Notes under the pieces: generated by a model
What the model was told of the DNA's origin: nothing
Databases searched by the model: none
What the model saw: only the letters and a program-made list of their open reading frames with translations
Source of the DNA: Octopus vulgaris
Lineage: Eukaryota
Direction: 5' to 3'
DNA length: 64,000 nucleotides
NCBI GenBank assembly: GCA_951406725.2
Contig: OX597818.1
Location: 12,772,001 to 12,836,000 of the forward strand
Shown here: positions 52,845 to 64,000 of the stretch, piece by piece
Numbering within the stretch: the first letter of the stretch is position 1
Layout: every line of letters starts with the position of its first letter
Program-made: the position numbers and the translations under genes

Positions 52845-55642
52845 CAGTATTTTTATTTTTATTTTTATAGCGTGCTTTCACTTCACTACCGAGCGCAGCT
52901 CTGTGTGCCTTGGGTATGTGCTGTGATTTGCTGTGATGCTCTGATGGTTATTGTATGGAAAGTGTTCTGCGTAGGATGTGGGCAGTGCCTAGTAGTGCAA
53001 TTTTCTGTATGTTATATGTGTTTGTAAGTCCTGGTGTTTTTGTTATGTATTTGTCTGAATATTTTTTTATCATGCCTAATGCACCTACTATGATAGGAAT
53101 TGTTTCTGTTTTCAGATTCCACATTCTAGTTACCTCTATTTCCAGGTCTTTGTATTTTGAGAGTTTCTCCATTTCTTTTAGAGACACGTTGTCATCTGCC
53201 GGTATTGATACATCAATTAAAAAGCATTTTTTTCTTCATGATCTCTGACAACTATATCTGGTCTGTTGGCCTTAATTTCTCTATCTGTGTGTATCGGCAT
53301 ATCCCAGAGTATGGTTGCTTTCTCGTTTTCTGTGACCTTTTCTGGTGTGTGTCTATACCATCTTTTTTCTGTTGTTATTCCATAATGTTGGCATAGCTTC
53401 CAATGTATGTAGGTTCCAACTCTGTCATGTCTGTGAATATATTCCTTCTTAGCCAGGACTGGGCAGCTAGAGATAATATGATTTATTGTTTCTTGTCCAT
53501 CTCCACATATTCTGCAGTTACTTGTAATATTTCTTTTCATTACATGTTTTTGGTAATTTCTGGTGGGGAGGCTTTGGTCTTGTGCTGCAATTAAAAATCC
53601 CTCTGTTTCTGCTTTGAGTCCTGAGCTTCTCAACCATTGCTGGGATTTTTCTTTATCTATTTCTTTTGCGTTTAGTTTAGTGCAGTATTTACCATGAAGG
53701 GGCTTTTCTTGCCATCGTTTTATCATGGTTCGTTGCTGTTCTGTTTTTAGTTTGGATTTCATTTGTTTTATAGCTTTTGTTGTTTCTTCATCTTCTTCTT
53801 CTTCTTCTTCATGTTTATTAGGTGGTATGATTTCTTGTTTGTATTTGTCAGCTTCCTTAAATACTGAGAACAGTTTTTTGTTTTGCTCGTGTTTTGCCGC
53901 TATCTGGATCAGTTTTCCTTCCTTCTGAAGTAGATATTTTTGCAGTCCTATGGTGGTTATTTTATAGTAGTTTTCCAGCTGTATAAGGCCTCTACCACCT
54001 TCTATACGTTGTATATATAGTCTTTCTATGTCAGATTTTGGGTGATGCATCCTAGATCCTGTCATTATTTTTCTTGTTTTCCTATCTATTTTGGCCAGTT
54101 CATTTCGTGTCCAGTTAAGGATATTGTAGCTGTAACTTATAACTGGGACAGCTAAAGTGTTGATACCTATTATCTTGTTTTTAGCATTGAGCTCTGTGTT
54201 TAGTATTGATCTAACTCGTCTATAATATTCTTTTTTTATTTTCTCTTTCATTTGTGTGTGTTGTGTCTTATCTAGTTCATGGATTCCTAAGTATTTGTAA
54301 GTTTGGCTTTGGTCTAATTCTTTTATTTCATTGGTTTTATCTAGTGTGATGTTGTTACTCTTAATTAGTTTTCCTCTTTTCATGGTTACTTTGGCGCATT
54401 TTTCTAATCCAAATTTCATATCTATTTCTTTGGTAAATCCATGAACTGTCTTTAATAGTGTTTCCAGCTGTTTGTCATTTGCAGCGTATAGTTTTAGGTC
54501 ATCCATATATAAAAGGTGGCTGATCGTTTTGCCGTAACATTTATATCCGCATCCAGTTCTATTTAGCATATCAGATAGAGGTGACAGTGCCAAGCAGAAA
54601 AGGAGTGGAGAGAGCGTGTCTCCCTGGAATATTCCTCTTCTAATGGGGATGTCTTTGGTTTTCATGAGTCCCTCTTTTGTTTGGAGGTGTAGGACTGTTT
54701 GCCATTTATTCATAGAGTGCTCTATGAATTTTATGATTGTTGGTGCTACTTTGTTAATGGCTAGTGTTTCGAGGATCCATGTGTGGGGGATGCTATCAAA
54801 CGCCTTTTTGTAGTCAATCCAGAACATACTGAGGCCTTTCTTCTTTCTGTGGCTGTCTTCAGTTATGGCTTTATTAATCATTAGTTGATCTTTACAGCCA
54901 TATGAGCCTTTGCGGCATCTTTTCTGCTCTTCTGGGAACAGTTTGTTTTCGTCCAGGTGCTTGTTCAGCCTTTGTGATATCACTGCAGTAAATGCCTTGA
55001 ACATAGTAGGGAGGCAGGTTATTGGTCTGTAGTTTTCTGGTTTTTCTGTTTCATTTGATTTGGGAATTAAGATGGTTTTCCCCTTCGTGAGCCATTCAGG
55101 CATTGTCTCTGGCTCTGCTAGTACGTTGTTAAAGTTTTCAGCCAGCTTTTTGTGCATTCCTGTTAGATATTTCAACCAGAAGTTGGGGATCTTGTCATGC
55201 CCAGGTGCCTTCCAGTTGCTTAGTCTTTGCAGTGCCTGGGTGACCTCTTCAGTTGTTATGGGGGTCCAAAGTTGTTCAGATGCTGAGTTTGTAATTTTGA
55301 TACTCCTTTTTTTTGGTGGTTCGTTCGCTGACCATATCTCTCTCCAGAATTCTTCCTATTCTTCTGCCGTTGGTGCTGCAGTGACTTCTATTTTATTTTT
55401 GCCCAGTTCTTGGTAGAACTTTTTGGGGTTGGAGCTGAACTTTTTGTTTTCTTCAAAGAAGCGTTGGCGTTTCTTGTACCGGCGGATCCTTTGTGCCTTG
55501 GCAAGGATATCTTGCTTCAGCTTTTCTTTTATTTCAGGCAAATCTTTCTCTGTCATGTTATATTTGCGGAGTATTTTTGTTCTCTTTTTGTTGCTCAGTA
55601 GCGTTGATTCTTTGCTGATTTCATTAAGAATCGACAGGTCTT
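52845..55642 (-). mobile_element. Young 5'-truncated R4/Dong-clade non-LTR retrotransposon
   Basis: Single ORF with RT, CCHC and RLE domains, a ~100-bp 3' UTR, and (TAA)n on both sides, matching the established TAA-repeat targeting of Dong elements. Confidence 0.93.
52948..55640 (-). pseudogene. RT / zinc knuckle / restriction-like endonuclease polyprotein with two visible lesions
   Basis: KAPGHD, NYRPITCL, WIDYKKAFDSIPH, GIFQGDTLSPLLF, LYMDDLK, YKYLG, CRICG...HIISSC, RHD, RPDIVV...IDVS...KYKDL, PIIVGALG. In-frame TAG at 55356-58 and a frameshift at the A-run near 53230. Confidence 0.95.
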
Positions 55643-55701
55643 TTCTTCTTCTTCTTCTTCTTCTTCTTCTTCTTCTTCTTCTTCTTCTTCTTCTTCTTCT
55701 T

Positions 55702-55770
<69 letters not shown>
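55643..55770. repeat. (CTT)n(TTA)n compound microsatellite
   Basis: Seen directly at the 5' junction of the LINE. Confidence 0.95.
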
Positions 55771-55772
<2 letters not shown>

Positions 55773-55846
55773 TCTCACAGCCTGGAACCGAACTTGGAAT
55801 CTTGGGGTTTGTAGCCCGCGCCCTTAACCACTATTCCATATGCCCG
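55771..55846 (-). mobile_element. tRNA-like SINE head followed directly by (AAT)n
   Basis: gggcatatggaatagtggttaagggcgcgggctacaaaccccaagattccaagttcggttccagg: A box and B box at tRNA spacing, but no good acceptor stem. Confidence 0.75.
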
Positions 55847-57360
55847 GTAATGTTGATGTAAACAAGGCATTCGATACTGTTAATCGAAATGCCCTGTTGC
55901 TATTTCTAAGGACAATAGTTTGCTAGGAAAATTTGTAAACATGATCAGGGTTTTGTATGAAGATATGAATGCTAGACTTAGTTTTGCTGTTAGGCTTTCT
56001 GAATCATTCACCGTTAAAAATGGAGTAAAGCAAAAAGTTGATACACCCACCCTCTTTGCCCTATACTTTGCTCTTGTGCTGTCACACGCTTTTCAAAACC
56101 CAGAGGAGGGTATTTACATAAAATATCGAACAGCACGGAATGATTTTAATCTGACTAGACCGCAATTCAAGACAAAGGTTGTTACTTCACTCATTACGGA
56201 TCTCTTATACGCTGACGATTGCAATCTAGTCAGTCACTCTGAAATGGGCATGCATTTGACTCAGCTTGTGATGATTTTGGCTTGACCATCAACTTGAAAA
56301 CAACAGTTGTAATGTATCAACCTTCATGTGGTGCTGTTTGAAATACCTCTAAAAGTTTCGTTAAGTGTAAGCTACTTGAGTTTGTTGACTCTTTCATCTA
56401 CCTTGAAAGCTCTGTACTGAATGATAGAAATCTGGACACAAAAATATATCTGCAAATTCAAAGGCAGCACAAGGTTTTGGTGTTTAGGAGTCACGCGTTT
56501 GGTGCCAAAGACATATAAATAACAAAAAAAAAAATTGGCTCTTAACAAATCGCTTGTCTTACTATCCCTGTTGTTTTCTGAAACATAGACGCGTTATGAA
56601 AGATATTTCAAATTGTTAGAACGATTCCATCAAAAATGCCTTCACCGCATTTTAGACATTAAATGGCGCTTTTTTACACCAAACACGGGTGTCTTTCTGT
56701 CTGCAGGTATCTCTTCAATTGAATCAATGATTCTGAAATAAAATATGCGATGGGTTGACAATATTGTTCGAATGGCGGATGAACGCACACCCAAACAGCT
56801 GTGTTATGGCGAGCTTGCAGAGGAGAAATGCAAGTAGTGTAAACCTAAAAATAGATTTAAGAACGACATAACGACTACCATGAAGTCACTTGGAATAGAT
56901 CCAAAGGCCATAGAAACTTTTGCTTCGGATCGAGCTGGATGGCGAATAAAAATGTGGAGTGAAAGCCTTTGAGGAATCTAGAATGACACATGCAAGACAC
57001 AAGAGAGATTTAACGAAGCATGTTATGATCGAGAAGGTGAATCGCAGTAATCTTATTTTAGTGCACAGTTTGTGGCAGACCACGACTTTCTTTTACTGGG
57101 CTCAAATCTCATTTGCGGACCTAAGAAAAACGAACTTCCACCAACTATTCTGCCTATATATATGTGCACACCTTTGAATGCAGTGTATGCCATAAAGTCT
57201 GCAAATCTAAGGGAGGCCTCAAAAGACATTTTAAGATCCACAACGATCAGAACTTAAGTGCAGCTCTTGGTGGTTCAAAGCAGATATGTAATCTATGTTG
57301 GGTTTCTTTTCAGTACACTGTCTGGATTTTAAAAAAGCATATCAGACGTTTCTGATCTTC
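55847..57360 (+). pseudogene. Degenerate RTE-clade LINE (RT to C-terminus) with C-terminal C2H2 zinc fingers
   Basis: VDVNKAFDTVNR, NGVKQ, LLYADDC, ERFHQKCLHRIL, MRWVDNIVRMADERTPKQLCYGEL, DRAGWR, then CTVCG...GLKSHLR and FECSVCHKVCKSKGGLKRHFKIH. Confidence 0.9.
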
Positions 57361-59859
57361 GAGGTGGCATGTGCATTTCTCGCCGTGTGAGTTTATTGCG
57401 AATGAGGTGATAGTAAATTAGTAATGCTACCTCTGTCGTATTTACGTTCCTACTTTACCTACTTTATGATAAATAATGAGAACATAGATTATAAAACATG
57501 AGGCTATATTATTTTTAAAAGCTATATTATAATTTGGGTACCATGATAATGGCATTTCAATATGTGAAAGTTTAAAGGAAACTCAATAGAGAAAAATATA
57601 TAGAAAAATATATTAAAAAAAACGAAAACATATATAACAAAGACTATACACAATGTGACATTACGTGAGTTTTAAATTATTCACTGCACATTAACAGACA
57701 AGACTCGAATAGAGTAGATAAAACAGAATCAATGTTACACAGGACATTTACTTTTACATCGTGTAAATATCTTATTTTACCTAACTTTTGTGTTTAAAAT
57801 TGAATTACACTAAATATTTTGTTACATACTAACTTGCATATTCTAAACCATTCACTAACGCGAGATGTTAGGATTAAAAAAAAATAAAAAGGATTTTTTT
57901 AAATACCTGATATTGTAAATATTGTTCGTATTATACGTAGATAATTTTTCTATGTTATAAAGAAATATATCTGCTATAAATGTTGTATATTGTTATCTGC
58001 TTATGTTTAGAAATTTCAGATGATGTTTTATATATGTATAAGATTTTAATTAAGTTACAGCTGTTTCTTTGATACAATTCACTGTGTCCACACGCAAAAT
58101 ATGGTACTCAGTAGAAGAGGAATGAGTTTAAAAACAGTGTTTAAAAACAGTATTTCTCCAAAATAGCGTACGTACGCAAAACCTACCAAGTGAAGCAGCA
58201 ACAAAATCACGATCGGAAGAAGTTTCTGTATAGACATACGACATATTAGAATTCGTAAACACAATTTCAACTACATATCACTCGTTAATTTTGAAAATGA
58301 TAGTCTATATTTCAGCATATGGTCCTCATTATACGTGAAATTGCACTAGCTGTGGTTACCCTAGCGTTAATTCTCGAATTATGACCAGCAATCAAAGAGT
58401 TAGAATTAATGGGGTCCTACTAATAGAAGCTTAATGCAGCAACTTTGAGTAAGCAGTTATCTTCTAGCCATAAGATACTTGATATTTTTTTGGTTGTTTA
58501 AAAATACTTTTATTTTGTGATGAAGTGTTGTGTTTTCTCATCCTTTGATGTAAACTGTCAAATATATCCCGAGCATCTTGTAGATATACTTATACAAATT
58601 TTGTATGATATATGAATCAATAAGTTATATCACTATACATGACTAAACGAACACAATGTCCCTATACCTAATCTTCAATTGTTACATATTTTACTCGTAC
58701 TACTTATTGAATGAATTTGCTGTTAGCTCTTTCCCTTGAGTTGGATATTTTAGTCATTTTAGTTCAGATATAATCGATAAATCGTATCAAAATAGTATTT
58801 GTAGTTCTTCCTCCCTGTCTCTTTACATTATGAGTTCAAATACTTCCGTGACCAACTCTGTGTTTCATTCCTCCAGTATCGTTAAAAGAATGACCACTTA
58901 TGTGCATGTAGATAATGCCATCGAATAACACCTGTCTTCAAAATTGTTGCAGCTGTAAATAAATTAGAAAGAAATATTTTAATTATGTGTAATTCAGTTA
59001 CTTCAAACTTGGAAATTTTGCGTTTGAGGGTACTTGAGTAATATGCGTTAATTATAAAAGAGTTTACTTTCTTTCATCATCGTTCCAGCAAAGCAGTACT
59101 TATCCGTAAGGGAGATTCAGCATGCAGATATGGCTTGTTTCACTTATTACTCCGGCGTCAAGTGATATTTTTACGAATATATAATTAAATTAATAGCGAT
59201 TAGTTTAAACCAAAAAGTAGTGTGAACTCGTATGTGAAATTTATAACTTGTGGATAAAAAGTCTTTGCTTACGTTGTAGCTATTCAATATTAAATTGCGA
59301 ACATAAGTGAAATATTTTGTTTGTATGTAAATATGTGAGGAATGCAGTACAATTTCTGCCGGCTATTGGAAACATATTAATCTTTTCATTCCAATTAACT
59401 GAACAGAAATACTGAAATATCTATAGCCATAGAAACGAAAGCCCAAACAATATAGAAGTGAGAAATAATGCTGAACTACGAGCGTGGTCGTCAATGGACG
59501 AGACATGTGGTCATTAAATCTTGTCACACAACAATTGTTCATATATAACAACCATGAAGTGTGACTAAATAAACATGCTGATATAAAAAATAGTCAAAAA
59601 TGTAAGAAACAAGAATGAATGACAAATCCCAGCTGGATTTGTGGTAAACACACACACACATGCGCGCACAAACGCATGCATAGACACATAAACACAGGCG
59701 CACCCATATTTATTTGCATAGAGTAGATCTCTTGTTACTGTGAGTTTCAGTTGTGTGTGGACAGAAACTCCAGACAAGTTATGAAGGTATTACGATCCTC
59801 TGCACCCACCGAAGAAACTCTCAGTAGCAAAAGACTGGCTCAAACAAAATCAAATATAT

Positions 59860-60320
59860 AATGAATCTCTACAACGTTATTTCCTCTCTCTTGAAACCAA
59901 GTTGTTCGACTTTTTCTCCCAAAACTTTCTGTTGGAAAGGGCGAATACCCAGAGCATGAAATCCTTAATTATCCAACATCGTCTTCGATGGGCCGGCCAT
60001 ATCAATAGAATGAAACCGTTCTTCCTCAAATCCTCTTCAGCCTATCGGCTCCCGAGAAAAGAGGATAAGAAGCCCCCTTTCAACGCTATACAAATCAGCT
60101 ACATACAACTCTGAAGCAGGTAGGCTTCGATCCCTGGCTTTTGAGTCGACCGAAAGCAACTGTCCTGACAACCGACAAAAATATAAGCAATAACGTCGGA
60201 GTGTTTGAAAGAGAAAATATTAAAAAAAAAAAAAGTTAGATAACGACCGTCACCTACATTCGCATCTGACTAACGCAATCGCATGTTTTACACGAAGATT
60301 TCCCTCATCAGCAACATTTG
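59860..60320 (+). pseudogene. Short 3' relic of an RTE-clade LINE
   Basis: LLERANTQSMKSLIIQHRLRWAGHINRM is a typical RTE post-RT motif. Confidence 0.75.
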
Positions 60321-60390
60321 ACAACGGCTTAATGGTTCAAAAATTGGTGCGGGAGTGGAAATCCTTTCCCGTATTCAAGAGAAGGCGGAC

Positions 60391-60466
<76 letters not shown>

Positions 60467-61151
60467 GATAGACATATGCACAAGCACACACAAACATACA
60501 TATACGTACGTGCGCAAACACACATGTTTATTATACTGAATGTTATATGTTGGAAAGCACATAGTCCGCTATTTGAAGAACTTCGCCAAATTGTGCAAAA
60601 CGTTTTGTGTCGTCTTTCGTCTAGGATTATCAGAAGTATATCTCTTTGCAAATAGGAACGTTCACATTACGTTCTTAAATTCATTGATAAGACGGAAATA
60701 AAAAGAAACTAGGGACATGCTTGCAAGATGGAATGCCATTGAATTTCAAAATCATGTAGGAGGGAATATTTTTCAAATCTTGCACATAATTTAGAAGCAA
60801 GATGGTTAAACATGAGTGGAGCATTTGCAAAAACATTTCAGCATCTCAAATGTGTTTCCTAGTACTTGATACGACTTAAAACTATATTTCATCATTCATC
60901 TTTTATTTACTTCAGTCAATGGACTGCAGCCTGGCTAGGATACCGACTTGATGGGTTTTAGTCGAAGAAATCACCCATAACAATTATATTTCAAAGACTA
61001 GTACTTACTCTCTCGGTATCTGATGTCAAACCGCTAAATTACGGGAGTGCATGTCTGTCGTTGTTGTTGGGGGATATGCATAAAGACATCCCCCCATATA
61101 CACGCATACACACATACACAACCATGCATATGCACACACATTCACACACAC

Positions 61152-61194
<43 letters not shown>

Positions 61195-61448
61195 TGAATT
61201 TACAAGTATAGTGGGGAGAAATTCTCGAAGCCTTCACTGGCAGATTCGACTGAGGAGAATCAGGCAACTTTGGCACTAAATTCAAAATTATGATACCAAA
61301 TTAACCAGCATTACTGTTGCATTCTTGGCGGAGGTAGAACGCTATTCTTGTTCACTAAATGTTTTTCCTATCACACTTGTATTTAGAAATATTTTGACTT
61401 TTATTTATAGCGAAGCAGGTGCTTATGTAGCACCCTAGTATACATACA

Positions 61449-61484
<36 letters not shown>

Positions 61485-62506
61485 TATATATATGTATATA
61501 TATATGTGTGTGTGTGTGTGTGTAGTAGAAATATGTTACGAAAAGAAAATATAAAATACACGTGGAAATGTAAAGGTAAAATATGAAAAATCAACGAAAA
61601 TGCATATTGCAAATAGAAAAAAAGGCTATTTATGACAGGTAACGACAATTGTATACATCTAGATTGACTGCAATAGTAATACGAGTCATAAAAGTCATTA
61701 TTATGAGATGATTATAAGATGATAATAAAGTAAGAGAACAAAACGAACCAATTGTTTACGCAAAGCTATTCATCGTTTGAACAACACCGGTTAATATATA
61801 TGTGTGTGTGTGTGCCCGCGATTGTTTGTGTGTGTGAGTGTGTTTGTGTGTGTTTGTGTGAGTGTGTGTGTCTGTGTGAGTAGATAGCGGGCTTTTGTCC
61901 TGTCTAACGAATCGACTAACATGACTTTGGTCATCTATAACAGAAGACAATTCGCCATCAGTGGAACTGAACACGGAGCTAAGCAACTGAGAATCAAGTT
62001 TCTTGCCAGGTAGCAGTATTGTACATACCGAGCAACCTCCTTACTTTTACATTTATAGAGCTTCTCTCAGTAGTTGAAGCCAGTTTGAATTTTGGAAGGC
62101 TTCAGATATCGGAATTTGATATAAAAGATTAATTGTTAAATAACAACACACTCGCACGTACACTCGCATACAGATGCGCAATCCAACCTCATGCGAATAT
62201 ATTTATGTATCTATACATATTTATGTGTACGTATTGGCGTGTGTATGTATCTACTAATGCATTGCTTCCCATCACTAAACTTTGCATGCAATGTGTTGGG
62301 TTTGACTACAGTGTTAAATAAATTAAATCCCTTGTTTCTACAAATTCGGATCACTGTTATTTCCTCTAAAATTAGTTTGTGACATTGATCTATTCAGCTT
62401 GTTCCTTCAATATTTCCCAATGATTAATACCTGTCCATTATTTTCAGAAAGAGTTCGAAAGTCATTTCGAACTGATTTAGGTGTATTTACACCATTTGTC
62501 TACAAC

Positions 62507-62928
62507 GAGAAATATTCTCCGTGACTAAACAGAGGGAATGACTTCTTAACAAGTCCGAAAGTGCCACTGGTGCTTTCGAACTGGTAATAACATTGTATTT
62601 ATACATATCAATGCTTTGCGCTTCTGCCTAGTAATTTATTTACGCTATTTGCGCTATTAGTCGACGTATGTTGACTGCAATAACATAAGAGAGATTGTCT
62701 CTCTTATTAACTCGTAGCGCCACCATCCGGGTTCCGTGACTGGAGAGGAGATAACCTCTCTGAAATGCTTTCATGTTACAGTCTGAATAGGTTCGAGAAT
62801 TTTCTCCGTGACCAAACACAGTGAATCTCTTATTTACAAGTATGTGCGTGCTAAAGGCATATTCGAACTTGTAATAACGCTACATGCATACTTATCCCTG
62901 CTTAGCGCTCCCATCCAGTAATTTATAT
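62507..62928. repeat. Diverged direct repeat, ~135-bp units ~286 bp apart
   Basis: gagaa...ttctccgtgac.aaaca.ag.gaat...acaagt...ttcgaact.gtaataac...tgctt.gcgct.c...c.agtaatttat at ~62507-62640 and ~62794-62928. Confidence 0.75.
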
Positions 62929-63394
62929 TAGTTGTAATAAAAATCAAAAACGATTATTACAAGAGGCGAATATATATTCAAATTCAGCAATTGTGACGTT
63001 TTTCTGTCACCGAAGGTAGTGGGGCCATATCATCGTTCATTAGGAGACCTCACCTAAAAAAAATCCCAACTATGAGAAGTGACCTAACTCTTTATGTTTA
63101 CCCTAAGATCTAGGGCTTAAGGTCTCTCTGAAGGTCTATCCTGGCCATTATGACATTAATATCTCATAGGAGGCTTTGCTAAATTGTATATGATTAGTAG
63201 AATCTTTTACTTGTTTCAGTCATTAGACTCAACTGTCCTCAGTAAACATATTATTACGCCTGCTACTTATTCTGTAGGTCTCTTTTGCCGAACCGTTTGG
63301 CTACAGGTACATAAACGCACCAAACCAGTTGTCAAATGGTAGTGAGGGACAAACACAAAGACACACACACACACACTCATACATACATAAAGAC

Positions 63395-63427
<33 letters not shown>

Positions 63428-64000
63428 CATACATTCATTCATACATACATACCTTGGATCTAGGTTACAAACTGCTTCTTTCTCTAATGGCTAGAAACCG
63501 TGAAATAAACTGAATAATGACATACATACATAAACACACAGACACACACACACACACACAGAGTACAGTAATAATAATTTTATATTGTGGTATACATCTT
63601 GTAGCATGTTGTTAAAAGCCCGGTCACAATTTGTGGCTAACTGGTGGCAACAAAATTATGGAGGTGTATGCACTTAATTTACTGCAGGAGTTTATATAAA
63701 ATACAAGTGAGAGAAAATGGGATTTACGATACACTTTATTCAAAAGCTTCGCAATCGTTTCCACCTATAATACACTCGTACCTTACCGGTGAAATGCTGT
63801 GCAATCAGTTGTTATGCTTCATAACTGTAGATGCGTGTCCAAAGTTTACTTTTTGTGCTTTCACTTGCCGTTTCGCTTACATCTATCACAATACATTTTG
63901 GTTTCTGTAGCCTACAATACGTCTACATAAGGAACTGTGACATAATGAAAGAAACCTTCTCATAAGAGCAATAGAATGAGATATAAAGGGATAAGGATTG

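Noticed and set aside
55771-55846. Functional tRNA gene
   Set aside because: The acceptor and T stems do not pair properly and it runs into (AAT)n; treated as a SINE head.
62791-62805. Heat-shock-element-like TTCnnGAAnnTTC
   Set aside because: A short motif expected by chance in AT-rich DNA of this length, with no promoter context.

Overview
AT-rich, microsatellite-saturated animal genomic DNA. The repeat landscape looks like that of a coleoid cephalopod such as Octopus (inference from pattern recognition, not a database result). I could not support any host protein-coding gene. Almost all ORFs in the track are microsatellite read-throughs or transposon relics. Recognisable content: one young, 5'-truncated R4/Dong-type non-LTR retrotransposon with RT, CCHC and restriction-like endonuclease (52845-55642, minus strand, in (TAA)n) plus older relatives; RTE, Tx1-like, Ty3/Gypsy and mariner relics; a Penelope-like RT-thumb/GIY-YIG relic; many tRNA-derived SINEs; and a TA-flanked MITE. 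The most interesting signal is non-coding. Several unrelated short elements, mostly abutting (TA)n, carry type I hammerhead-ribozyme cores (CUGAnGA...GAAAC...GUH with pairing stems). One ~200-bp family, present twice (29251-29450, 36633-36831), is built around a ~130-bp DNA palindrome that puts a hammerhead core on both strands, and its two arms co-vary within each copy. Coordinates of degenerate relics are approximate.
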